This document shows, one piece after another, positions 14,175 through 24,449 of a stretch of 64,000 nucleotides of DNA; position 1 is the first letter of the stretch, and the number at the start of each line of letters is the position of its first letter. The position numbers were made by a program, and so were the translations under genes. The notes beneath the pieces were generated by a model. That model searched no databases and was not told the DNA's origin. It saw only the letters and a list, made by a program, of their open reading frames with translations. Origin of the DNA: Isurus oxyrinchus. Lineage: Eukaryota. The stretch lies in contig JANJGN010000034.1 in the NCBI GenBank assembly GCA_026770705.1, forward strand, positions 6,696,001 through 6,760,000, read 5' to 3'.

Positions 14175-16258
14175 TTTGTTCAAGGGCTGGGGTCGCCTTT
14201 GTAAATGACAGAATTTATTGTTCATCCCTAATTGCCCTTCATATACATGCTGGGAGCTGTCTTCTTCAACCTCTGCAGTCCAAGTGTTGCAGGATCGAGT
14301 GCAGTGCTTTAGGAAAAGTGATCCTTGAGTCCGGCCAAGTTACAGGGAAGGGGCAATTCAATTGCTCCATGCCAGATAGGTGTGTGACTTGCAAAAGACC
14401 TTAAAGGTGCTGGTGCTTCGATGCACCATGCCCTACGCTTTCCAGGTGGCAAAAGTTGCTAGTTTGGAAACTGCTGTAGATGTAGTCTTGGTGAGTTGCT
14501 GCAGTTTCTTAAGAGCATGATACTGCCACTACGGATCGATGGTGAATGGAATACATGTTTATTGTGGATAATTGTTTTCTAATGAAGTGGCTGCTAATTC
14601 CTGTTGTTGTTCAGCATTTTAATGTTGTTGCAGCGGCATCCAGACAAATGGAAATGATTACATCACAAATCTGCCTTGCACCTTGCAGCTGGTGGAAAGG
14701 TTTTTGGGATTGAGGAGTTAAGGGCATATCCACCGAATTCGCGGTTTATGGTCCGCTTCTTGTAGCTGCTACATTTACATAGCTGGTCCAGTTCAGTTTC
14801 TGGCGAATGTTAACTCGCAGGTTATAGGTCTTGGGGAATTCAACGATAGTAATACGATTGATTGAATGACAAGTGAAGATGGAAAGGTCCCCTTATTTAG
14901 GAGATGGCCATTGTCTGTCAGTTGTGTGGTGCGAGTAATCCATCCTGCCTATCAGCAAAAACTCTAAATATATGATATGGGTACAGAACCCTTCAGTATC
15001 TGAGGGGTGGTAAATGGCACCAAAAAATAGTGCAAGATTCCCGTGAACATGCTCATCTGCCCTTATGATGGAGGGAATTTCAGCGATGAAGCAGCAGGGG
15101 AATGACTTTGTCAAGGACTCTACCTCGATAAATATTTGCCGCAATGTCCCATGGCGAAGATGACTGACAGCCGTTAAAATAACTATCTTCAATTGTTCTA
15201 GGTATGACTGGAAGAAATGGCGATTCTACTCTAGATTTCCATTTACTCCTGCTATTCTGGTGCTCCTTGATTCCACACTTGTTGAAAAGCTCACTTCACA
15301 TCAAGGACATTCACTCTCTTCCCAACTCTTGGTATTTCTTTCGTGTCAGCTCCCCCACAGAGGCCCTAGACACATTTTAGTATCTATGACATTTCGGTTT
15401 GGGCAAGCTCACATATAAGCGCTGCTACGAAGGCACTCAAGGGTATCGACATGGAAGACCATCCCTTAGAGAATATCCTGTGCGCTTTCCAACCTCAGTG
15501 ATTATTTCAATTGGCTTTCAAGAAGGTTGAGGACTGATTCATCAGCTGTAGCAGCATGATATTTTTTAAACAGCACGTGTTTTGTTTGGCCATGTTTGAC
15601 TTGATGCCATGGGACAACATGAGGTCCGTTGTCAATGCTGAGGGTAGCCAGCATAGCCTCCAAATGCATGCTAATTTCCCCAATCTATTGTGGGTCTACC
15701 CTGCCAGTGGATAGACGATACCCATAGATTGTGTTAGTGATGACTGGGACCTTGTCTGTAAAGCATGGTTCCTTGGCTATCACTGTGTCAGGTTGTAGCT
15801 TGATCAGTCCATCGCGCAGGTTTCCCTATGTTAGTAAGGAGGACTTTCCAGGTTCAACGAGACAGAGTTCACATTTTTCCCTTCCGGCCCCTGGGTTTAT
15901 GCCGGTCTATTTGACCAGTTTAACTACTTTAAACCCTCATAGCGTTTTAAAACAGTTGAGTGGTTTGCTCGGCCATTTCAAAGGGCACTTAAGAGTCAAA
16001 CACATTTCTGTGGGTCTGGAGTAGCAAATAGGAAGGAGGAGTTCCTGCCATACTGGAATTTAATGAAGCAAATGGATTTATACGACAATTGATGTTCGTT
16101 TTAATGTCATTATTAGATTAATGTTTAATTACTGATGCTTTAATTGAATTTAAATTCCACCGGCTACCGTGGTGAGTTTTGAAACCGTGTCCTCAGACCA
16201 TTAGCCTAGGACTCTCGATTACAAAACCAGTGAGGTTAAAAATACGCCTGTGCCCCTC
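14175..16258 (-). mobile_element. Old, internally deleted LINE (APE endonuclease and RT remnants) with a degenerate tRNA-like 5' head
   Basis: Minus-strand translation at about 15850-15690 gives KVLLTNI..LIKLQPDTVIAKEPCFTDKVP..IYGY (APE N-terminus). 14893-15192 gives RT-like remnants. The 3' tail at about 14175-14280 matches the tails at 16790, 28150 and 54885. Confidence 0.65.
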
Positions 16259-16789
16259 GTAAAATGTGAGGCAGTGCTATGCAAAGTAAGCAACTGCCGC
16301 TCAAAACAACTTCGATCGAAATTAAAAAAAAACTAATGAACAAGATATAATTTCATTAAAAGGAAACAGGCTTAATCAAATCCAGGAAATGCCAATTCGC
16401 TAAGAAAAACTCCTGCATGACAAAAAGTAATGGGATTATTCAAGGGACTAAAGGGCAGGAGTGTGTACCGTATTTTTCTTTATGCATTTCAGAAAGACTT
16501 TTTGAAATTTCTTGCATAGCAGATCACGCTCAAACGTACAAATGCCATGCAATCAAAGACAAATTGGCAACATTGCTTCAGAGGAAGGGAGGAAAGGATA
16601 ATATGTTTCATCAGTGTTTTGCGATTCTAAAGCTGTTTCGTGGTGCTGGACAGGTCTCAATAATCAAAGGACTGGTCATGAAAATGGAATAACTGCAACT
16701 GATGTTAAACCTTAGAAAAAATATTATAGCATAGTACTTGAGGAGGTTTACAATGCTAGGAAACACGCACTATTTTATTTTATTAATTC

Positions 16790-17350
16790 ACGGGTGTGGG
16801 TGTTCCTGGATAGGCCAGCATTTATTGACCCTGGCCCAATCCCCAATACTTTATTACTTGAGAAGGTGGTTGTGAGCTGCCTTTTGAATCATTGCACTCT
16901 ATGTTGTGTAGTTGCACACACAGTTATTTTAGGGAGTTGAGAATTTTGAACCAGCTACATCAAAGGCCTGGCAATATAGTTCCATGTCATAATGGTGATT
17001 GGTTTGGAGGGTAACTTCCAGTTAACCAGGTTCCCATATGTCAGCTGCCCTTGTCCTTCTAGATGGCCATTGTGATGAATTTGGAATACACTGTCTAAGG
17101 AGTCTTGATGAGCGCCTGCAGTTCATTTTGTAAATGGTGCACATTGCGACCACTGAGTGTCGTTGGTGGATTGAGTGAATATGTTTGGGTGGAGTGCCAA
17201 ACAAGCACGCTGCTTTGCCCTCCAGGGTGTTAACCTTATGGAGTGTTGTTGATTTTGCACTCCCCCAGCCCAGTGAAGAGTATTCCATCACAATCCTGAT
17301 TTCTGCATTTCAGATGGTAGACTGGCTTTGGTTTGTCAGGAGGTGATTCG
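16790..17350 (-). mobile_element. LINE 3' fragment (same family as 14175-16258)
   Basis: ORF 17022-17291(-), MEYSSLGW..TTLHKVNTLEGKAACL..IHSIHQRH..CTIYKM, is a post-RT C-terminal LINE segment. The family 3' tail lies at 16795-16890. Confidence 0.7.
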
Positions 17351-17479
17351 TTATGCTAATAATAAAAAAAATATAGAAGAACAAAGAAGTTTGTATTTCA
17401 TGACCACTGAAATCTGATGGTGCTTGTGCAGATATAAAAATTGGTCAACTGCGCATATGCCATCCTTGGCTTTCTCAAA

Positions 17480-18050
17480 CATGGCAAAGAGTATGACAGC
17501 ACGGAGATTATGACAGAACGTTAAAAAATACAGTTTGAGCCAAAGCTGGATTATTTCTGTCATTTCCAGTCATACCACTAAAGGAATATAATTGGTTGTC
17601 TTGCAGAGAATAGCGATGGAATTTACGGGGCTCTTGCCAGGACTGTATATATCTTTTTAATTAAAAAAAATGTCGGCTTTGGTTGATTCATGTCGAAAGA
17701 AAGAGGCAAAGGAGAAGCTAAACTGAACTGTGTAAATTAAGAGAATAGGAGATGCTTTTTATCGGGAAGTCAATTCCGCATGTTTGAGACGTCCATAATT
17801 AGGACTGATATCAGAGGAGATTTGCGGGGACAGCTTTTAACAAAGCGTTTTAGAGGAAACAATAGCAATACCGAAAATGGTAGCAGAGATGTTAACCCTC
17901 GCAATTTTAACGAGTGCACGTATATGCACTCGATGTGGCATCACATTCAAAGTTGCTCACCGAGTATCTGACAGTGTGTTTAGGCTGGATTGCTCCTTCT
18001 GGTGTGTAACACTCTTAATGGGTTGAATGCCCTGCATCATGTTGTAAATT
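17480..18050 (+). mobile_element. Highly decayed CR1-group LINE 3' fragment
   Basis: Degenerate motifs typical of the CR1 ORF2 C-terminus and 3' tail (ttgcagagaatagcgatggaatttacgggg; aatgggttgaatgccctgcatcatgttgtaa). Boundaries are approximate. Confidence 0.35.
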
Positions 18051-18789
18051 TCACTGCAAGTATGATTTCTTCAATAAAACTAGAAAACAATGCACGCATT
18101 TACAACGATCGGTGATTGAAAACAACTTCATTGGCTGCCATACAATTAATCATAAGGGAGATCGGGACTGCAAATAACAGGGCAGCAGATTATTCCCGAC
18201 ATTATTTGAGCTCGGTGCAGTTATAGGCAAAAATGGTACTGGCAAATTATACTATCATATGCAAGGAACTCAAAACGTTTGGCATTTATTTTCAGAACGG
18301 GATAAATTGCTAAAAGATCTCATAGATGCAGGTGAGTTGGTAACTTCACTTTCTAGTTTCTGACCATGTTGTAAAATTCAGTGCTCAATGTGTTCCGCAG
18401 GCGTTTTGCCTCTATGATTAATTTCTCGTTGCATAAAATCATTATTAGTTTCAAAACATAACACTTTAATGTGACATATCCCGCAGTATGCCCGGGCCAA
18501 AATTCAAATGACGAGTAGTTTTGATTTGATTCATTTCCCATTACTGAATCCAGCAGTGCAAAGCCACCAAAGAGGGGAACATTTAATTTGAGCAGTTCAA
18601 AATTTTTCCAGTTAAATTTAAATGTTGGAAATAATTAATTTCACGTTAGTTCACCTCTGCCATGCTCAATTGAAATGTGTGTGTTATTGATAGTCATTCA
18701 ATGCTTCATCTCCTATTACTTCCACCTCTCAGCAAGGAGATATTCTGTTTATAAATTTGCGGACTACAGCTGTCAACTAATGCCACTAA

Positions 18790-18960
18790 ATTCAACGATT
18801 TCAACACTGAGGGTGTACGATGCAGGCTGAGGGCTTTCATCTTTGCGTAATGAGGTATAAGGCGACATCCATTCACTCAGTTACGCTTTTTAGATCCCAT
18901 GACGCCCTTTGAAGAAGGAAGAACGTGCATCATCAATATTTACAACTCTACAGCACTAAA
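18790..18960 (+). mobile_element. Decayed Deu-domain SINE-like remnant
   Basis: cactgagggtgtacgatgc...tagatcccatgacgccctttgaagaagg...caatatttacaactc resembles the DeuSINE (SacSINE1/AmnSINE1-type) central domain as I recall it; not verified by search. Confidence 0.35.
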
Positions 18961-19150
18961 GTGAAGCAATACCGCAGAACTGTAGCATGGTCATTTCTGG
19001 GCAAAAAACGGCTATTACGGCAACAATATTATGTGCTGGGACATCCTGGAAATCTGGCTCATTTGCTGCAGTACACATTGTTGCGGTCCGATGTCATAAA
19101 CGGTTCAATATACATGAGAGGCGTATTGTTTTGTTTTTTATTTTCTCCAG

Positions 19151-19276
19151 TTTATTCCGTGGTGTGCTGATCAAAATGACTGAGCATGATTGCTTAGTTC
19201 AACGCAACCTGACAAAGCTTTTGTTTGCAATTTTGATTAATAATTATAGAAGAGAGATTGAAGGCCTGTCGGAAAG
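19151..19276 (+). other. Candidate isolated exon (126 nt, phase 2-2)
   Basis: Acceptor ttttgttttttattttctccag| and donor aag|gtaagc. Only one frame is open (LFRGVLIKMTEHDCLVQRNLTKLLFAILINNYRREIEGLSE). I recognise no homology. Confidence 0.2.
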
Positions 19277-20299
19277 GTAAGCAAGACCATTATCGGAGAC
19301 GCTATTGGGTGCAATATTTATTATTGTTATGATGACGTTCCATCTATTTATCTTCATAATCTCAGAACTGGAAGACTGCAAAACCAACGACCGTGAGTGC
19401 AGGCAAATTTGTTGCTTACGTTCATTGCAAAGTTAAGCATGGTGCAATATTATGAACTGGCCGTGTTCTTTTGACAGCATTGAATAAGCTTATCTGAACT
19501 GAAAACAACAATTATACAAATAAACGTTATTCCAGTTGTGCCGCATTGATCAGGGTAAAAATCAATTTTAGAGCAAGAGTGAAATCACCATCTTTAATTA
19601 CTCCACCATCATTCTTAAATCTCTTTACACGTCTTCCTTACTCACGTCACAGTGATAATACCTTTTACTAATGCCCCTCTGCCAAACGATTTTTTAAAAA
19701 GTTGTATTATTTCCATTGGACAGGAATTGCAAAGCTTAAAAAACTTCTTGAAAATACAGGTGAGGAATATAATTGGCTGCAAATCAACTATTTCATCTTA
19801 AAAGGAGAATTGTTGATTTCTATTCAAGTAAAGTGAGTGTTAGCCTGTTGATCTCAAATCGTGGAAATACATTGAATTGATGACGAACAATACACCATTT
19901 ACTAAGTTACCCGTCTAGACAATAGTGCAAAATTCTACATAGATTGACATGGTATTGGTTAAAATGTATATTGAAAATAATCGGTGTGTATAAAGTTGCT
20001 GTCGATTGTTCTCCCCCATGTTTTGTTGAACTCCCGAAGAAACATAAAAAACAGCATTATTCTGAAAAGTCAGGTATTGTTCGCGGCCTTCGCATAATAT
20101 TGTATATACACAATTGAGATATTAGAGTAATTAACACTTTATCAGGCACCAGAAACAAATATGGAGGCATGGCAGTAGAATTATAATTCTGGGTGAATGC
20201 CGAGTTGATCGGAGAAGACGCTGAAGAGAATTATTAATAATCTCCTGAATCATGAGGGTTTTGTTTGGATGAATAGGTCTTAACTACAGAAGGAACTTT

Positions 20300-20560
20300 C
20301 AACAGTGGCTCAGATCCCGCTATTGAGGCAGAATGGTTTAGGTTCAAATTCTATTTCATGGAACGAAATATCTAGGTTGCCCGTCAACTGCAGTATTGAG
20401 AAAGTGTTACACTGCTCTTCATTAAGCTTTCCAACTGGTAAGGTATAGTAGGTTTTCCCCGCCTTATTAGTTGTTAGCAAATCACCCCTTTCTGTTGCTT
20501 CGAAGATGTGGAGGATGGTTCGACCAAGTGTCCTGATTGATGTATTTCTCTCAATGAATG
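20300..20560 (+). mobile_element. Decayed tRNA-head Deu-domain SINE-like remnant
   Basis: B-box-like ggttcaaatt at 20341, followed by ctgcagtattgagaaagtgttacactg and ttcgaagatg...gtgtcctgattgatgtatttctctcaa. Family assignment is from recall. Confidence 0.35.
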
Positions 20561-21428
20561 CATGTATTATGTATCTCTCAGTATATAAGGAAATAAATGG
20601 ATAAATAGATCCATAAATAAGTAAATGAATAATGAATATACCATGTCATGATGGCTGCCCTTTCTGATTGTAGGACTATTCTGTCGTTGAATTAGTTGCC
20701 ATATTTTATAACTTATAAAATTAATAACGGGCCAAATGTGTGCAGCTTATTGATATGTTGTTTGGAAATCACCAAGTTTGCAAAATGCAACTTTGGGCAT
20801 CTTCCTTCCCTTACTAAGGAAATAGGTTGGTCGGCGGTTCAATGGTAGGATGCATCCAAAAGTCAGTAATTTACTTTCCCTGCATTCCCTGTAACATAAA
20901 ATCACTCAGGATATAAGCAAAGTATCATCTCTGCTATTATCTGGTTCACATCAGTTCTAAACCAAGTGAAAAAAAAAGAATGAAATGAAAGCAACGTGGA
21001 AAATTCAGCAACGAGTCCATGGTCAGCAATGTCCCTGGAGTAAAATGGCCGGTAGAGATAGTGTCAAGAAAGATAAAAAAAACATTATCATTGTTGTTAG
21101 ATGAGGAGTAAATAATGCACCAAATATCTGGCAATTAATTCCAGGACCTTCTTCAAAATTATGCCAATTGATTTTTTTGAAGTTTTCCTGCAGTGTTTGC
21201 GATGCCTGGTTCACCACGTCATGCAAAAGGAAGAGCCCAGGACAGAAGTGCACTTCAACTGCATTAATATTGTCACAGGGGTTATTGAGTCAGGCCTTTA
21301 TAGTGAGTTGCAAACACAGTGACTTCCGCTTCATAAGTGGAACAGGAACAACACAGCTTCGTATAAAACAAAAACAGAATTACCTGGAAAAACTCAGCAG
21401 GTCTGGCAGCATCGGCGGAGAAGAAAAG

Positions 21429-21467
21429 AGTTGACGTTTCGAGTCCTCATGACCCTTCGACAGAACT
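21429..21467 (-). ncRNA. Minimal type I hammerhead ribozyme fold (copy A)
   Basis: Minus strand: AGUU CUGUCGA A GGGUC AUGAG GACUC GAA ACGU C^ AACU. Stem I AGUU/AACU, stem II GGGUC/GACUC, palindromic stem III ACGU. Predicted cut between 21433 and 21432. Confidence 0.8.
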
Positions 21468-21487
21468 TGATTTCGAGTCCGAAATCA

Positions 21488-21526
21488 AGTTCTGTCGAAG
21501 GGTCATCAGGACTCGAAACGTCAATT
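21488..21526 (+). ncRNA. Minimal type I hammerhead ribozyme fold (copy B)
   Basis: AGUU CUGUCGA A GGGUC AUCAG GACUC GAA ACGU C^ AAUU, with a G.U wobble in stem I. Predicted cut after 21522. Confidence 0.8.
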
Positions 21527-21661
21527 CTTTTCTTCTCCGCCGATGCTGCCAGACCTGCTGAGTTTTTCCAGGTAATTCTGTTTTTGTTTTGGATTTCCAG
21601 CATCCGCAGTTTTCTTTGTTTTTATCTCTGTGTTTAATTGACTGCCACTGCTCTTCAAGAA

Positions 21662-22225
21662 ATGCCTACCTCCTTGAAGAAGTTCTGTTCCTCTCTGCGA
21701 CAAGATTTCCATATCTCTCTGTTGCCTTGTTCACCTTCTTTGCTTTCCATTTCCCTCCTAGTGTTTGACAAGGTGTTTACTAAAACCCGCTTTCACAGCC
21801 ATATCGCCTTTCTCAGTGACTGCCTCCGTCTCTGACATACCCCACGTGGATTTCAACTGAAATTCCACCCCTCATCATTCGAACCCACCCAGGATTACCG
21901 GTATCTCTGGGACATAAAACGTTTCTCAGACTGCTGTTCCCGTCACATTCTGAAATCCACACTCAGTGCCATGCGCCGCCATATGAACACACTCGACCTC
22001 TCCCTCCAGCAGCACCGCCGTACCCTTTTTTAAAGCTGCGCATGGCCCCAGTTTCATTTTATCCTTCGGCTCATCCGACGCCTCAACAAGAAACTTTTTC
22101 TCTTTCTCTCAACTGCTAAGGAACGCAAGCTCCAACAACTCATAGACACCAACACCCATCTAGGACCCTCCACCCCAGCCTGTCCCTCCGTCCCCACCCC
22201 ATCTTCCAATCCCAGCCCCAGCCGT
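21662..22225 (+). pseudogene. N-terminal part of the Penelope-like ORF, with two in-frame stops, truncated before the RT
   Basis: One frame from ATG 21662: MPTSLKKFC..HIAFLSDCLRL*HTPRGFQL..RTLF*SCAW..KERKLQQL..PSPSR, with stops at 21833 and 22031. The H..FL..C......P.G pattern resembles PLE N-terminal domains, and the segment lies directly after a pLTR. Confidence 0.7.
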
Positions 22226-22255
22226 GAAGAAAAAAATAAGAGGGACTCGAAATCA

Positions 22256-22294
22256 AGTTCTGTCGAAGGGTCATGAGGACTCGAAACGTCAATT
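22256..22294 (+). ncRNA. Minimal type I hammerhead ribozyme fold (copy C)
   Basis: AGUU CUGUCGA A GGGUC AUGAG GACUC GAA ACGU C^ AAUU. Predicted cut after 22290. Confidence 0.8.
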
Positions 22295-22764
22295 CTTTTC
22301 TTCTCCGCCGATGCTGCCAGACCTGATGAGTTTTTCCAGGTAATTCTGTTTTTGTTTTGGATTTCGAGCATCCGCAGTTTTCTTTGTTTTTAACAGCTTC
22401 GTATAAGTTTGGTGACAGATAGAAAAGAGAACAACTGAAGTTAGCTTTAGGGAATATATTCTACCTTGATATCACTGCATCATATTATCCATGCAAGTTG
22501 AATGTCATATATTATTGCTTCCGCCTGCAGTCATTCTAAGCAGTGGTGACATTTTCAGGTGCACATGTATATATGGACACCACAACAATTTAGAAGCCAA
22601 TACAGCGTGATGAAAGTGGACCTGTATTTGAATGAAAAGTAGGCTTTTTTTCCAGCAATTTGATCGGCTGGCCAACTAAGTCCAGTAATGAGCATTATTG
22701 TCTTATCGAACCCCAAAAGGCCATCTGTCACTTATTCCATGTCAGTAATCCACAGAGTAATGAC

Positions 22765-23088
22765 CCTTGTTCTGCTAATCACACATTCTCATTTCTTTCC
22801 CTTATGCCACTACCAGCAAATGCTTTAGCTCTTACCACTAGAGTTAACTCTCCCTTTGTCTTTTGTCCATGGCTTATTTCAAAATCTCTCCTTAGCCCCC
22901 ACGTATCGCTGATAATGTCTCCTGCTTCGACTGTACCACCCTCCGAAACAGTATGAACGTAATCAGATTTCTACCTCTATTTAGTGCTGCAGTAGAGTCA
23001 TACGGATTTGAAACGTTAACTCGGTTTCTCTCTCCACAGGTGTGGTCAGACCAGTTGAGTTTTTGCAGCACATTATGATTTTATTTCA
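22765..23088 (+). mobile_element. Older Penelope subfamily 3' UTR/pLTR fragment with decayed HHR (22983-23021)
   Basis: agtg-ctgcagta-gagtc-atacg-gattt-gaa-acgt-t-aact, then tctctccacaggtgtggtcagaccagttgagtttttgcagca. The upstream part resembles 57190-57410. Confidence 0.7.
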
Positions 23089-24449
23089 TTATTCTTTATT
23101 GTTGGATAGGAAGTTTAATCGTCGAACGTTTGTCTGTTGCAAATCCAGGCCGTGGTTCTGATGGGGCAAAATTCCTAATTTCTGTATAACTGTTAAATGG
23201 AGGCCTGTTAGGAGCACTTCTGCCTGTGAGTCACTACGTCGCAGATGCTAGCCCAACTCCAAAAGAAAGAAGAGCAAAACTGAGGTGGAAACCCCATTGC
23301 TCACCGAATGGAGGACTAAATCTCAGGTTTTTCAGCACTGTCAAAATGTGTTTGTTTATTTCAAATGAATCTTAACCGACAGCTTGCACATCATCTTTGT
23401 TGCAGACAAAGGTTTGCCGAGCATTTGCGATCTTCCCCGGAATCAGGCACATTATGTTAATCAAGCAAAATATCTAAAACAGCTTACGAGCTATTGCTGC
23501 TGTGCAAACTTTATGTACGTGAATTAAATTTCGATTTTTCAGCATTTTGAATTTGGTGCTTCGAACATGCTCTTAAAAAACAAATTAAATTTGTTTTGGG
23601 CCTTCCAAGCTTTATCATAGGATTAAGTCAAGCTATTTCAGATGGTTGAATTGACTTTCAATGTAAATTTCCATTTACTTCACATGAGTTTAACAATTGT
23701 CCAATGTGCTTTTCAAGTGGCATGACAAATACACTGAAAGTAAAGCATTGGCAATCACGAATCAGATGAATTGCAGATCATCCTTTGGCGCACACGGGTT
23801 GTGCAATGAAAAAAAGACATGGGAAGTTGCATTAAATAACACCGAACCAATGTTGTGGGGATGTTGAGATGCAGGAGGATGCAAATCTCATAGGCAAACA
23901 TGTAATTTACTCAGTTTTCCATTGCTCTGACAAAACCTTGTGTTGCACTGTTTCTTCAAAATTAATAGCCTTCCTGCTGCACAACATTTTATCATGTTCA
24001 TTTCTTCTTCCCAGAAAAAGACTTGGTTAAATGCCAGTTGGGTAACTATGTTGTTTCATTTATTTCTCTCCAAAGTTAAAGCACTATACGTCCACTATTC
24101 GGTATTCTATATGTGCGCCTTAAAATTGGGCCATGCAATCAGGATTTGTTACCTATAAACAAGGAACACGAACTCCCAAAAACTGGTGTAATTAACTTAA
24201 TTCCTTGGCCCGTTCTTCTATTCAGGTGGTCTTTGGCGTAACTTGAATTGATCATAATGGTTCAGACTTCCTTGTTAGCTTCAGCAAGCACTTGAAAAGA
24301 AAGCAATACACCCTTCCGATAGATTTTTTTTTCCTTCAAATGTCACCATTACCTCTTATTTGCGTGGATTGAGTTCCGATTTTCACCATACATTGTTTGC
24401 AGGTGTGTGTTCAAATTTCTCCCCTTCATGCAACACCTTTATTCCGGTT

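Larger units (their letters stand above)
21367..22392 (+). mobile_element. Non-autonomous Penelope-like element: inverted pLTR, pLTR, ORF N-terminus, pLTR; 14-bp TSD
   Basis: TSD acagcttcgtataa at 21353-21366 and 22393-22406. pLTR copies at 21367-21480(-), 21481-about 21624(+) and 22243-22392(+) are near-identical to the 3' end (57415-57527) of the RT/GIY-YIG element. Confidence 0.93.

Noticed and set aside
16165-16255. Functional tRNA gene
   Set aside because: Only degenerate A/B-box-like remnants and no cloverleaf; treated as a retroposon head.
21168-21712. Near-identical short peptides on both strands (KQKQNYLEKLSRSGSIGGEEK etc.)
   Set aside because: A consequence of the pLTR palindrome, not a duplicated gene.
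22323-22329. Perfect CTGATGA hammerhead/box-like motif in pLTR C
   Set aside because: It is a single substitution of cctgCtgag seen in all other copies, and no stem II or GAAA follows.
21367-22392. Interpretation as a TIR DNA transposon or LTR retrotransposon
   Set aside because: The repeats match the 3' end of the PLE at 57415-57527. There is no transposase, gag or integrase and no TG..CA ends, and the 14-bp TSD matches the other PLE inserts.
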